The notes beneath the pieces are model-generated. The model did not search any database. It was not told the DNA's origin and saw only the letters and a program-made list of their open reading frames with translations. From contig NW_027117339.1 of the NCBI RefSeq assembly GCF_038025025.1, positions 2,542,001-2,606,000 of the forward strand: a stretch of DNA of 64,000 nt. Reading direction: 5' to 3'. How positions within the stretch are numbered: position 1 is the stretch's first letter; the number at the start of each line of letters is the position of its first letter. The translations under genes were made by a program, and so were the position numbers. Source of the DNA: Phyllosticta citribraziliensis (Eukaryota). Of this stretch, positions 23,674 to 37,135 are shown one piece after another.

Positions 23674-26651
23674 ATGGCCAACGACGCTCGACTTGTGGCC
23701 GTCAAGGCCCAACTGGACCACGTCCGAAAGCGCATGGCCGAATCCCCGGACAAGGACCAAGCCCTCCAGCTGGCAATCGAGGCTGCTGAGCTCTGCATGA
23801 GCTCGCTGCGTCTGGCTACCGACAAGACCCACAAGGCCGACCTCAGCTCCCAAGCCAAGGGCTTCATCTCTGAAGCCGAGCGCATCAAGAAGAATTCGCA
23901 ATGGCCGTCGCCATCACCATCGTCGTCTTCTTTGTCAAGACTGCCGCCGTCTTCGCCTGCTGCTTCGTCCAACGCACCCGCTTCCCCCATTTCTTCTCCC
24001 TTGACTGGATCCAAGTCTCCCGCACCAAGCGCAAAGGCCCAGCGTGTGCTGCAACTGGTCTCACAGCGCCCGCTGCCTACTGCCGAACAAATCATCCTGT
24101 ACAAGGCCTCGTCGGTGAATGGCTCACAATTTCCACCGTGGAAAGACATTCCTCAGCCAAAGGAATTTAGCTTGGACGAGGGAAATGGACGTTTTTCAGA
24201 CCACACACTTTTTCGTTTCTCTGAAGACCAGCTCAATTCCCTTGATGGTTGGATGCCTGCTGCTGACGCTCTGCCACCACCTGCATGGTACCCGGGTGGA
24301 AAGGGCCTCGGCGGTCCAGCGATGCAAGCAGACAAACAAATTGACCTCGTCCAAGATGCCGCGACAGACTGCTCGGTAGTTGCCAGCTTATGCTCCATTG
24401 TCGCCCGTCCCGACAATGGCAAACAACAGGTATGTCGCCGCCTTCGTATTAGTTTCAGCGACTAACCACGTCCAGTATCTCGCCAACCTGATTTGGCCAT
24501 TCAACAAGATGACATCGACTCCTGAGATTTCTGCCAATGGCAAATACATCTTCCGCCTCAACTTCAACGGATGCTGGCGCAAGGTCGTCATTGACGATCG
24601 TCTCCCTGTTTCAAAGTCGACCCGCATGCTCCACGTTGTGGACCGCAACAACCCTTCCTTACTTTGGCCTGCCCTGTTGGAAAAAGCCTATCTCAAGGTT
24701 CGTGGTGGCTACGACTTTCCGGGAAGCAGTTCTTGTACCGACTTGTGGACGATCCTGGGCTGGATCCCCGAGCAAATTCATCTACAGGGGTACGTTGACT
24801 GCGCGAGTCCTTTATGGCAACGTCTAATCCTGATACAGTGTCGAAGTCGTGCCCGATGAGCTGTGGACAAGACTGTCCAAGGCTTTTGGATACGGAGATG
24901 TGCTCATGACTGTGGGCACCGGAAACATGAGCCGTCGCACCGAAAAAGAGCTTGGATTGGAGAGCCAGCATGACTATGCTGTCGTGGATCTCAGAACGTA
25001 TAGAACGGAAAGACAGTTCCTCCTCAAAAATCCCTGGACCGAAGGAAACGAGCCACAGCGTGGAAAAAGAACGCCCTCTGCATCCGAGTTGCTCATGCAG
25101 GAGTTTGTTGATGAGCCGAAGGAGACGTACAACAAAGTCATGACGTTTCCATTTTCTCGAGCGCCCAAAGGATCAGCGCAGCAGGCTCCTGGCATGTTCT
25201 GGATCAGCATCGAGCATCTCTTCCAGCACTTTGAGAGCGTCTATGCCAATTGGAACCCTGCTTTGTTTCAGCAACGGCAGGATGTTCACTTTGCCTGGGA
25301 TCTGGAATACACAAAACAGATTCCCGGCTGCCTCGCTGACAATCCGCAAATCTCGCTCAAGACCGATGGAGATTATGTCATTTGGCTCTTGCTCTCTCGT
25401 CATTTCAAAGACAATGATTCTGGCGGGAACGAAGCCAAGCGTGGTGCTCAAAACTCGACTGTCGATACACAGGCCAGTGTCAACGGCAAGAACGTATCTC
25501 CTGCTCCATCGAAGGAGGCAGACGAGAATCCAACACCACCCTCTGATCCGCAGGTTCTGAGTGACCTAGCTCGCGGCTGGATTACCCTCTACATTTACGA
25601 CGAGAAGGGCAAGATTGTCTATGCAAAGGACACGGAAAAGATTGAAGAGGGAGAAGTGGTCAGCAGCGCCCAGATGCTTCTCAAATGGAGCAACCCCAAA
25701 AAGTCGACGTACACGGTGGTTGTGGATCAGGAGCAGCTTCCACCTTCGAACTACACGTTTTCGCTTTCGACATTTTCTCTGAAGCCGTTGACGCTGGAGC
25801 CCGCCGCGAAGAAACACGAGTACACGACCAGAGTCGAATCTGGCTGGACCAAGTACACTGCTGCCGGAAACCTGCACAGCCCTGATTTCAGCAAGAACCC
25901 GCAATTCAGCTTGAAGGTGACGCGCCGCACGTCCTTATCGCTCATGCTTCTGGTCGCCAACGATTCAGCCGTCTGCAACGTAATTCTGTTGTATGCTCAA
26001 GGCAAAAGGGCGTACACGGTCAAATCGAGGGACATCTTGGCCAACTCTGGCCTCTACAAGAAACATTTTGCACTGGCCGAGGCCAAAGACATCGAGGCAG
26101 GAATGTACACGATAGCGTGCTCGACGTTTGAGGCGCGACAGCAAGCTGAATTCGAACTCCGAGTCGACAGCGACGTTCCATGCGCACTCAAGGCGATTCC
26201 CCAAGAAGGGGCTGGGCTCATGGTGACGCCTCTAGCCCACGCGTGCCTTAGACCGTCGACGAACCGGGTTGCCGCACCACTACGTCCTCATAAATTGGTG
26301 CGCGTCACAATCACGGCAAAGTTTCAGCAATCTCGCGGAGCGTCGACAGCAGCGAGCATTCTCTCACGTACCCCTCGCAGCCCGATCCGGGTCACGATTG
26401 AGGTTGGACGTGGACCGGAGCGTCGGGTGCTGATAGCCAGCAGCCACGGAGAGTTCAGCGACGACGCGGCAGGGGTCAGGACCGAGGAGGTGGACCTTAG
26501 CCCGGGCGTGCTGAACGAGGGAGACATTTGGTTGGTTGTGGAGCGTTTGAGCGGACCGGCGACAGGATGCGACGAAATCTACAAGGTGGAAATGCTTTGC
26601 GACAGCATGAACGCAGTGGGCGTAGGAGTGTGGAGGGAGTGGTATCAATGA
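23674..26651 (+). CDS. palB: Calpain-like protease PalB/Rim13 (ambient pH signalling)
   Basis: N-terminal MIT-like helices. Catalytic Cys (QDAATDCSVVASL), His (LESQHDYAV) and Asn (LLKNPW). Also LLWPALLEKAYLK and calpain-III-like NPQF repeats. Introns near 24430-24475 and 24789-24838. Confidence 0.92.
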
Positions 26652-27432
26652 GGGAGAGGGAGAGGGAGAGGGGCAGGTGCAGCTGCAGGCCAAGCGAAAC
26701 GTGGAGACGTGATGCGAGGTGAGCGTCGGAGGAGGCGATGGTGCGGACGAGAAAAGGGCATTGCCGTAGCTAGTTACCTTGAAGTAGTGATCAAGTGATG
26801 GATGCTGTGGCAGAGCATCGCGGAGCATATCCATGGGCATATGACGGTGAGCAGGGCGGCGCACTCAGCCACTGGGGAGCATTCGTGCAGGCTTGATTGG
26901 CCGGTGTGGTCCGATAGCGACGGTCACAGCAGTCGACAGCGACGCGGGCCCAAGGCGTGCAGAGGAGCGAGAGAAGCGGGATACAAAAAGCGACGCCCCA
27001 CGGAGGATAGACGAGGTGTTTACTTTTGGGCCCGATCAAGTTGAGACTGTTGCAGCTTCATCACTCCCGTCTGCCCTGAGCTGCCCTGCCCTGCCCTGCC
27101 CTGCGCTGCTGCGATGCTGCATCCCTGTGCACGCCAAGGCCGCGATTAGATGGCGCGAGCTGCGTTACGTCAGGAAACCCAGATCCCAAAAGACGCTGAA
27201 TTGGAGCCGCAACTATTATCTCTTCATCTCCTCCCCAACAGTCGCCTCGACTCCTGCTTGCCCGCCCAACCCTCTCGTCGCTGCGTCGTCCTGACCGACT
27301 TCGACACCGCCATCCCCGACCGCAGCAAGCATACCACACCCCCCTTCCGACCTCCCAACGCCACCTCCGCATTCGATTTGCAGCTCCTCGCACTCCTAGC
27401 TGCCTCCCTACCTCACCTCGCCGCTCACCAAA

Positions 27433-29293
27433 ATGGCGGCATCAACCTCGACGGCCGTTGATTCGACCGCTCCAGCAACCTCCACAACCACCTCCGAAGG
27501 CACGTCGCGCGCCGCGACACCGGCCTCGACGACGGCTGCCAATGGAGGCGCCGCTGAGAAGACGCCGGACGATAGCAGCAAGCTCAAGACCTTCTTGGGA
27601 ATACTCCGAAAGTAAGCACACCCACCCCTGCCATGCCAGCAAGGGGCGACGAGGGGAAAGCCCTGAGAGAGAGCCAGGACCTTTTGCCTTGCATACGCAA
27701 GCTGGAGAATTGGTGGCTGATGCAGACATGGTCGTCGCAGGTTCATGGGCGTATCCGATATCGCCTCCGTCCGCTTTTCCCTGCCCGCGCAATTGCTGGA
27801 GCCGACGCCAAACTTGGGTACGTGTCGTGGCCGCGGCCTTAGGGGCTCTTTCGTCTGACTTTTTGCAGAGTACTGGAATTACTTGGATAGACCAGAGACA
27901 TTCATAAGGTGCGTCGCCATCATGGCGGGTGGCGATGGCGGGCCAGAGGCTGACGGTGGGACAGCATTGGTGATTCGGAAGACCCCCTTGGTCGCATGCT
28001 GGGGACGTTGAGGTTCTGGTTCACAAAGGACTTGGTATGGCGGGGTATACAATCCAGGTGGAGGAGCCGCCAAGGCTGACTGGAGAACAGAAATATGTCA
28101 AGGGCAAGCCATGCAAGCCATACAACTCGACATTGGGCGAATTTTTCAGGGTGAGCTGATTTTTTATCCCCGCTGGCCCGATGCCAGCCGAAACTGGTCT
28201 AACGTGCTGTTAGTGCAACTGGGAAGTCGAAGACACCTCGCCGGCCATCAAGTCCAACAAGAAGGACACGCCGGCCAGCAGCGCAGCGAGCGCCATCAGC
28301 ACCGCGTCCTCTGGCAGGACTGTCAAGATATCCTACCTCACCGAACAAACATCGCACCACCCGCCCGTTTCAGCCTTTTGGGTCGACTGCCCGGAGAAGG
28401 GAATCTCAGCGCGGGGATACGACCAGATAAGCGCAAAATTCACGGGGACGAGTATCAGGGTCACACCAGGCGCGCACAATCTCGGCATCTTTATCAGCCT
28501 GCACAGACGGGATAACGAGGAATACCAACTGACCCACCCGGCGGCGCACTTGGGCGGGCTGTTGAGAGGTACGCAGTCTATCCGCAGCATGCGAACAGGA
28601 CAAATCTGACAAGACGTCACAGGTTCACTGAGCGTTTCCGTGGCAGATATATGCTACATCACCTGCCCCAAGACTCGCATCAAGGTTATCCTCCACTACC
28701 TGGAAGAGGGCTGGCTTGGAAAGTCTCAAAACAAGGTCGAAGGCGTCATCTTCACATACGACCCTCAAAACGACACCAAGACCAAGATAAAGGAGGTGCC
28801 GGACAAAGATGTTCTCGCGCGCATCGAGGGCTCCTGGCACGACAAGGTGTACTACACCATCGGCAGCCAGCCCTTTAGCAAGAACAGCGTAAGCCGGCGA
28901 TAGCCATTTTCTCCAAGACAGACGCTGACAAGAACCCAACAGGACAAGCACCTCCTCATCGACGTGACGCCGCTGACGCCCGTACCCAAAATCGTGCCGC
29001 CGGAAGACCAACAGCTCCCCAACGAGTCGCGGCGCTTCTGGGGCAAAGTGACGGACGCCATACTGTCCAAGCAGTACTCGCTGGCGACGACGCTCAAGCA
29101 GGAGCTCGAGGAGCGGCAGCGCCAAAAGGCGGCCGAGCGCAAGACGACGGGCGCCGAATGGAATCCGCGCTTCTTCACGGGCGCCACCAGCCCGGCTGGC
29201 CGCCCTGCCTTGACCGACGAGGGCAAGGTCGCCCTCGAGAAGCTGCGCAAGGACCAGTGGGAGTTGGAGGAGAGCAAGGTCTACGGCGCGTAG
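27433..29293 (+). CDS. Oxysterol-binding protein family member (short Osh type)
   Basis: Exons spell KLKTFLGILRK|FMGVSDIASVRFSLPAQLLEPTPNL|EYWNYLDRP...|KYVKGKPCKPYNSTLGEFFR|...YLTEQTSHHPPVSAF (OSBP EQxSHHPP signature)...ESRRFWGKVT..KQELEERQR. About 7 introns. Confidence 0.92.
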
Positions 29294-30127
29294 CCGTGGG
29301 CGCACGTGGCCAGAAGAGAAACTAGGGATGTGTGTGGGAGCGAGGGAGAGTCCATCCGACCTGAGAATCTGGCTGGTGCGGACGTCTGCACATGTCAAGA
29401 AGAGGAAAGGAGAGGAAGAGAGCTTGTGTAATGTATCTGCCGTCCCTGTCCTTCACGCTAGCCATCGGCGTGTCTTGCAGTGCTCCAGCATCGGGCAAGT
29501 GGGCGGCGGCGCCGTGTGTGGGTTGACGACGGGTGGGCAGACAGCTAAACGGACGACCGACAGACACACCTCCACCCCCTTTCCGTCTGGTCTCCGCTCC
29601 CAGCCAGCCAGCCAGTCAGTCGAGTCAAGTTTAATCATCATTGGGGTCGAAGTCAGGCGAGAGGTCATGCCCACGAAGAGTTTGTCGGGTCTATCGTCTT
29701 TTGTTGGGATGGTTCTACGATGGAAGGCAGCTTTTTCTCCACATGCTTTCATCTATCTATCTCCTCGTTCCTTGTCTCCTTTTTCACACCTTTTTGTTTG
29801 TACTTCTTGTTCGATGCATTCGCTGCTGGCTGCTGGCTACTGCTGCTGGCTACTGCTGCTGCCTCCTCGTCTTTTGGCTGCCTTGTTTGTCTGTTTGTCT
29901 GTCGGTTCATTTGCGTATCCATCTGCTTTGCCTTTTCTTTTTGCCCTCCCCTATTTCTCTCCCTCTCTCTCTTTTCGAGTCTGGGGTTGTCGAAACTTGT
30001 AGCACCACCATCCTATCACATCCTATCCGACACATTTGCATATCATAGAGCCTTTTAGGTTAGGTTATCTTTGATTGGGTTCCGTAGCGCCAGCACCACC
30101 ACCAACATCATCATCAACATCTCCACC

Positions 30128-30274
30128 ACTGCTGCTGCTGCTGCTGCTGATGATGCTGCTGCTATCTTGTTGATTGCTTGATTGCTTATTTGCGTGCATA
30201 TAGCAATGTATTATTTATCCGTGTTGGAGTGCTGTAGTGCTGTAGTGCTGTATGAGTGGCTGAGTGGCTGAGTG
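30128..30274. repeat. Microsatellite cluster between convergent 3' ends: (GCT)n, (AGTGCTGT)3, (GAGTGGCT)2
   Basis: Directly visible tandem units. Confidence 0.8.
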
Positions 30275-31234
30275 ATTGAGAGAATCAACGTACAGATGTG
30301 CTTCATTTCCTATCCTGCCTGTTTATCGGCTCAGTCGTGCAGTCGGTCTACTGGTTTAACAGGTACCTTGGTCAGTTGCTCTGGTCTGACATCACTGCCA
30401 CTCGTTTCCTCCACTCACTACCAGTCTGGAGACAGAGAAACGTGTGTATTCGCAAAGACAGGGAGCCTAGAGTCAGTCACGTTGTTGAAGGAAGCACCTC
30501 ATCCACTCCCCGACCATGCTCCTCCGCGCCTCTTCCTCCAGACGCCACGGCTCGGCGATATACTGCCGCACCCAGCCCCCCCAAAAAGGCAGGACGCAGG
30601 CCAGCAGCCTCAGAGCAAGAGGCCATGACAGCACATGAGACGAGTGCATCAATGCCGTGGACAAGTCAAATCAAGACAAATCAAGTCAAGCCAAGCCAAG
30701 ACAAGACAAGAGCACAGAGAGAGAAGGGGGGAGAGAGAGCCCAGGCGGCCCCCCGGGTATCAATTGAGAAAAAAGCCAACATCCGCACCTCCACAGCAAG
30801 AACTACAACAAAATACGCGACAGCGCCGACTGTCACCAGGCGAAGAAAGGGGGTGGTATGGAAAGATGTGAAGGGGGTGGGAGAAGAGGTGACTGGCTTG
30901 TGGTGCGCCCTAAAGTGTGTCGGTCCCTCAAAAAGTGCTGCGCGCGAGTATCGTACAGAGCTGGCTGGTGAAGAGGGGTGTTCACGGATACGTGTCCATG
31001 CTGCCAACCGCTGCGTTTGCCAGATACATCTTCCGTGGAACATCTGCTTGCCCTGGGGTAACCCACCCACGCGCGTGACGTGAGTCCGTCCGTCGGTCGT
31101 GATATTGAGGGGAGTCTTGACGAGTCCTCCTGATGCGCCTGCAGAGCTGCATGGTTGTGTCCGCAATCTCTGCTCACAGGCTGAGGCGGGAATTTGGTAC
31201 CATTTCAACTTGCTTGGACACCTTTGCCATCCAA

Positions 31235-33001
31235 TCAAGCCGGCCTCTGATCCACGACGGCAAACTCGAGGCCAGGCAGCTCGCAGACATGCCCAGGCTT
31301 CTTCGCATCAGTGTAAATGTTCATCTCGGCGTGCGGGTGGAAGAGGCCTGTCTGTGAGCAATTGAGGATGGACTGCATGCCAGGCGGGTCGGTGAGCCGG
31401 AAGCAGCCCCATCTGTGTGCGTTAGCAAAAGAACGACACTTTTGGGTGTACAGGAAGATGAAAATGAGGGGAACTTACGAAGGCTGCTTGCTCGGCGCAC
31501 ACACAATGGCAATGCTCTCGGGCATCATTACCTGATAGCCGCAGTGAGTGTGCAAGTCTCTGCTACTCATAAAGCACGTTTGTGACGGATGCGTGTGAAT
31601 CCACCCCAGCACCATCAGGTCCTCAGAATCGCAATAGTCGAACAGTGCCGACTCGTTGGTGGTTTCGCATGTGTCCGACGTGTTCTCTTGCTCGGGGATC
31701 AACAGCCGCGATATGAAGAGCGCGTTGGAAATGAGCGTGCCACAGAGGATCCCGCACGTTTCCAGGTTCCGCCGCGTGTTCGGCATGGCTACGCGCAGAA
31801 ACTCTTGGCGCAGCGTTGGTGGGATGAAGACGGTTCTGAGAGGCGTGCCGTTTTCGAGGAATGCTGTTGGCTTGAACTGGTAGTCGCTCGAGTTGAGCTC
31901 TGGCCGCGGTGGAGTGGCAGATGCGGAGCGGGATGGTGTTTCTGAGCCGTCCGAAACCAAGTATTTTCCAGGTAGAGGTGGTCCGGATGGCTCCACGCGA
32001 ATGGGAACCTTGTGCGGATAGGGTGGAGGGACTGGTCCTGCTGCAGGATCCAACAGCACTTTGCGGGGAATCGCCGGCGGCGCGCCGGGTGGTCGCGTAT
32101 CTGGGAACTGGGCTGCCTTTATGGCAGTGTTCTCCCACGTTTGGTAGTCGTGCTTCTGTGGCACCATCGGATAGTGATAGGTCCCCGTGGCCATCGATCT
32201 GCCTTCGCTGGCCATTGATTCCCTTCGACGATCCAGGGCATCTTGACCACGACGTCCGACCTCGACAATCTTCCTATTCAAGTCGTCACTCTCCTCCTTC
32301 ATGCCGTTTCCAGCGAGGTCATCTTCCCATGTATTCCACACACCGGCAGTCCGTCTTTCGTGCTCCTCTTCATCAGACACGCCTGCCTGGCGAACCTTTC
32401 TCTTTGCCAAATCTCTTCTCCGAATCTCGCGCTGCGCCAGCTTGGCTGCCAAGTCTCGATGCTCTCCCGCATTCAACGATTGCTTGCTGTCCACGCCGGC
32501 TGGGTCTGTGGATCTGCTTGCACCCACGCTCAAACGGTCCATTTCTCGAGTCAACTCCGCGGGTCCCGAGATCTGTCTTGTGCCAGCCAAATTCTTACGC
32601 TCAGCCTCCTGGCGGGCCCTGAGCTGCATATAACGCTCATAACGACTCCTTATCTTTGGTCTTAGCTCTTCCAGCTTTTGGAGATTGTTCTGGACGACCT
32701 GGCGGGCTTCTTGCAAGGCGGCCTTGTTCGCGGGATCCTTGGCCTGGGGATGGCGCGATAGCTTGTCGATGATTAAAGTGGCATGGCGGAAAAGTAACAG
32801 ATAGGCTTGTTGGTCGTTGCCTTCTTGCTCGTAAATGAAAGCCTATGCAGAGGTTAGGAGGGACAGCTGCTGAGAACCTAGGCAACAGACCTCTTTTTGG
32901 ATGGTATCAGCGCTCCGGAGCCAGTATCGAAGCGGGACAAGGACATTGTAGTCAAAGTTTCCGGCTCGCTGAACAATCTCTTCGACGCTGAGAGGATCCA
33001 T
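31235..33001 (-). CDS. AMSH/STAMBP-like JAMM deubiquitinase (USP8-dimer/MIT N-terminus plus MPN+ domain)
   Basis: NLETCGILCG and LGWIHTHPSQTCFMSSRDLHTH (JAMM motif). Last exon WGCFRLTDPPG...FHPH. Introns 32843-32890 and 31413-31478. Confidence 0.92.
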
Positions 33002-33323
33002 GGCGAGGTGGTACGCGAGGGTCGAGAGCGAGCGGGTTGTTTGGAGGCGAGGCTGTAGAGGCAGTATATTCACCGGTTGGGGTGCTGCCAGCCGAGGAAA
33101 TCGTGCGTCATGATCTCGCACACTCGGCACTGTGTAAAGGTCGTCGTCTCGAGATGGAGAGAGATGGTTGAGCGACGTGCGTCATCCATGTACCATGGTA
33201 AGGTAGTTGGGGCCTCGCCGAGGGCGGTGGGAAAGGCGGAGGGCGTGGGGCGCGCTAGATGTACACTGGGATCCACGCGCGGCACGATTCCGTCCCCAGA
33301 ATTTATCTACATTTCCTCTCGTT

Positions 33324-35047
33324 ATGAGAGCTTCCAGGGCACTGCGTCTCAACATCAGCCATGGTCCATATTTCGACACAAGCGCAACAGCAGCAAAGTC
33401 GCTGGCAGTCGAGATCGGGAATGCCATTGGGACTGTGAATCAGCCCAGAGACCCGCTCGCATCGCATTGTGAAGTGGTGAACTTGGAGCTTTGCAGTATG
33501 TGCTGACACTGTTTTCCCTCTCAATTCCACTGGCTGACCAGGTCCAAGCAACTGCTGCTGACCTCCTTGCGCCTTCTCTTCAGCAGTTCAAAGGCTGTCA
33601 CATCATAGATGCAAACCCCGGCGCGGGCCTGTGGTCTTCCACCATCAACAATCTTTTGCGACCGAAGCGCCACGTTCTAGTTGAAGATGACGCCAGATTC
33701 GATCCCTTCATCGACCGCTTGCTCCAATCCGATCCCAGTTACTCTCGCGTGCGATACGATGGTAGCCATTCGCAAAGCCTTGAAAGAGTGGTAGACGAGG
33801 GTCTTGTGCCTCGTCCAGAACCGTCCTCAGATCCATCCAAGCCCTCAACATCCTTGCTCGTTCTCATAAACCTGACGAGAGGCATGTCCATGTTTGGTGG
33901 ATCGCCAGCCAGGCAAAAAATTAGGAGGCGCGAGAGGACGAGTGACCTCTGTCGCGAGGCCTGGCTTCGGTTTGGCATTCAGAAAAATGGGCCTGTGCGA
34001 ATATTAGCCTGGGTTGAAGAAGGTACCAAGGACTCTCTAGTGCCACGGACTGTGACTGGTGCCTCTTCCTCAGCCGCTGCTCAGCGCTACGCGAACCACA
34101 TGCATGTTGTGGCAGAAGATTACAGCCACACAACTCGTGCCGATGCTACCAGTAAACCGGAGTGGGAGAGTACTTGGGAAGCTCTCAAACGGATGGAAGC
34201 CGCTGGGTTGCAAATACCACCCAATCGACAAAATCCGCTCCATAAAACCTTGCTTCGACTAAGAGAGGATTGGCCACGCACGTGGGAGCGCTTCATGAAC
34301 ACAGTGCGCAAGGACTTGGACCAGTTGGACATCCCAGTAGGCAACAAGGCTCGCCATCCGCCCCGCCGGGCCATCGCGCCCTTGTTACAAGAAGGCGACG
34401 AAGTGATGCGTCTTGAGCGACTGGCTGTTGACGATAGCCAGCCAAAAGAAGTGCAAGTTGCTGCCAGAGAGGAGTATGAAAAGCGTTACGCAAAGCTCCA
34501 TAGAGCCGTGTCATCTCTGCCTTCTGCCCGACGGTTGCATTTCAATCAAGACATGGACAGGCTGGCCTTGTGGAGACGCGACCCTCCAGGTTCTCTCTGG
34601 GATCGCAGACCGTTCGAGCCGGTGGAATGTCGAAAAGAAGACTTTTGCACAATTTTCGGCCGTCCTCTGTCGCTTCTTGACATATGTCCAAAACGTCCCG
34701 CACAGCAGCACAGCCCCTTCGACTTGATCTACTGGGAGCGTTTAGTGTCCAGATTACTGGAACGGAGCGCACAGCCTCTGTCGAATGCATTCGATATGAT
34801 TTCGCCCGGCGCTTCTGAGCTCATCATGCCAAAGTTGTCTGTACTGCGCGATCCGCTCCGTTACGGAAGTCTTCATCCTGAGCATGTCAGAGCACGGATG
34901 TTGACTACTGAGATGCTCGACGAGTTGGTCCAGGTGTGGAAGACTTGGCCATCAAGACCGAGACACATTGATGACGAAATTTTGAAGATTGAAACCTCAT
35001 GGATATCTTCGTACACAGATCGCAAGCCTGAAAGGGCCATGTCGTAA
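33324..35047 (+). CDS. MTF1: Mitochondrial transcription factor Mtf1 / rRNA adenine dimethylase-like protein
   Basis: Arg-rich presequence-like N-terminus. Intron 33497-33548. GCHIIDANPGAGLWS..LRPKRHVLVE (SAM-fold motif I), GPVRILAW, and C-terminal VRARMLT...WPSRP. Confidence 0.72.
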
Positions 35048-35231
35048 TTCTTGGACTAGGTTGAGGCCGTGTACACCTTGATACCCATAAATAAACGGAC
35101 AACGTAAATAGACCATAGAACTCCAAGTGCCATTTATTACAAGTGGCCACGGACTGTGTCTTCAAAGCAAACACTGAGGATGGTGGCTCCGATTGAACAG
35201 CCCTAATTCTTTCACCCGTGCTGCATCTTGT

Positions 35232-35829
35232 TTATGTTGAGCCCTTTCCCTTTTTGCCCGTATCGGAATTTCCATCCTTGTGTGTCGATGCATTGAATCT
35301 GCTGATGAGATCGATCATGCTTTCATATTCATCCTCCGGTGCAGCATCTTTGCCATCCTGTGCCCAATAAATGTTAGCAGCCACTTCTAGACCTTGTTAA
35401 TTGGAACGATGAGGGACTGCTGGCGGGACTGCTGGAATAGAAGAACCGTTCCAATGCCCCCATTGACCAAATTGGCCTTGGACCTACCTCGACTGCCTTT
35501 TTGTTTGATTCCGAATCCCACCCACGCCCGAATTTGTTTCTAAAACTCCGTAGCCGTCCCGCCAGATCGTCCTCGGCGTTTGCGAGTTTCTGGCTGCTGG
35601 GATTCCACAACAGACTGTTCTTGATATCCTTTGTCGACTTGTACAAGGGCTCGGGAGACGTGGTGCGGTGCATGAACGTGCTGCCGTCGGACAGCGTGAC
35701 GGCTTGCGTAAATTGGTAGGGGCGCTTTGGCCGGCGGATGAGGGTCGCGTTTCTCTTTTGCGTCTGGGAGAGCTTGAAGGCTTGCGCGACGGGGCGCGGG
35801 GCGCGCGTCGCCGTGAAGAGAGTCGACAT
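35232..35829 (-). CDS. MRPL36: Mitochondrial ribosomal protein bL31m (MRPL36)
   Basis: RRPKRPYQFTQAVTLSDGSTFMHRTTSP...KDIKNSLLWNPS...AGRLRSFRNKFGRGWD. Intron 35358-35487, last exon DGKDAAPEDEYESMIDLIS...ST*. Confidence 0.85.
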
Positions 35830-36098
35830 TGTGGGCGGTGGGCGGTGGATTGATGATGTTGCGGGAAAGATGCGCGCGGCCGCGGAGGTTTGTTAGCTGT
35901 GCGGGAGCGGATGCGGATTTTCGTCCGCATGGTGCCCTGTCCTGGACCTCCGCTCCCCGGATACCGACGTTGTCCTCAGCTTTATTTTGCACCCCCGCCT
36001 CCCCTCAACCTGCGTTGGTCGACGCGACTTCCCTTCTTCTCCAGTCTGTCCAAGAGGTTGGCCGGACTGTGTTCTCTCTTAAGCGCCCGGTCACTCTC

Positions 36099-37135
36099 AT
36101 GTTCGCCTCTCCAGTTGCGCGTCGCTTCTACCAAGCGTTCTTTCGGTGGAATAGTAAGACCTGGCTGTTTGATATTTCTCTCAAAGGAGGACATGGATTT
36201 GACCTTTTATAGCGACCACATCTGCCTCGATTTGCCAGCGGTCTGTCCAAATTGCCGTCACGAGCAGGAGGTTCTCTGCGCAACCGATAAAATGCAACTC
36301 CAATTACGTCAGTCATGACGCCCAGACGAACAGCGAGACGCAGAAAGGGAGACACCACGAGGCCACCTCAGGGACCGAAATAGACAGCACCATGCGTCTC
36401 GTCATGCGGAAACTACCGCAACCCGTCGTGGTAGTGACGGCGCTCGCTCCAGACACAGAGCTCTGCCAGCGCACATCGACGTCCACAGCCTTCGCCTCCT
36501 CGCGCGGCATGACAGTATCCTCCTTTACGACCGTGAGCGTGACCGACCGCAACGTCATCATCAGCTTCAACATTCGCAAGCCGAGCAGCACTTGGGACGC
36601 CATCACACACCATAAGCGGTTCGCGATACACATCCTGGAAGCGAGCGCAGAAGGCGCACACATCGCCGGCCTCTTCACCAAGGGGGACGCTCAGGCCGGC
36701 TTCACAGAACTCGTGGAGCAAAAGGGCGACACGCTGCGCTTCAATCTCGCCGATGGCAGCGCTTCGCTGAGTTGCCACGCTGAGAGAGGAGCGGTCGTGA
36801 GGTCGCACGAGGGCGCGATGCCGCAGGAATTGCTCAACGCGCCGCAAATCATGAGCAAAGCTGTGTTTGCGCAACTGGACTGCCGGCTACTGTCCGATAA
36901 CTGTGTCTCGGTCGGCGACCATGTCATCGTCGTGGCCGAAGTCTGCAATTTTCAAAACATGAAGCAAAGCATTGACGTGCTGGACGCTGATAAAGCCGTC
37001 TCGTTTCTGGGATACTGGGATAGACACTTTGTCTCGAAAACCAACGCCACTGGCCTGCAGGTGCCGCAGCCTAGCGCGAGTTCTTTGGGGCAAAAGAGTG
37101 CAGAGGAGCAAGCACCCCTGGTTGCTTCGAAATGA
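36099..37135 (+). CDS. Flavin reductase-like domain protein, probably mitochondrial
   Basis: MFASPVARRFYQAFFRWN, intron 36153-36212, then in frame to MRLVMRKLPQPVVVVT...RGMTVSSFTTVS...ISFNIRKPSST...VGDHVIVVAEV (GDH motif). Confidence 0.82.

Noticed and set aside
30053..30068. TTAGGTTAGG as a telomeric repeat or telomerase-RNA template
   Set aside because: Not TTAGGG units, too short, and no supporting structure.
29328..31238. Hydrophobic or low-complexity ORFs between Osh and AMSH
   Set aside because: They arise from T-rich 3' UTR and microsatellite sequence and have no coherent exon structure.
23674..33001. PalB, Osh and AMSH as an endosomal/ESCRT gene cluster
   Set aside because: Ordinary housekeeping neighbours with no shared motif seen. 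Proximity alone is not evidence.
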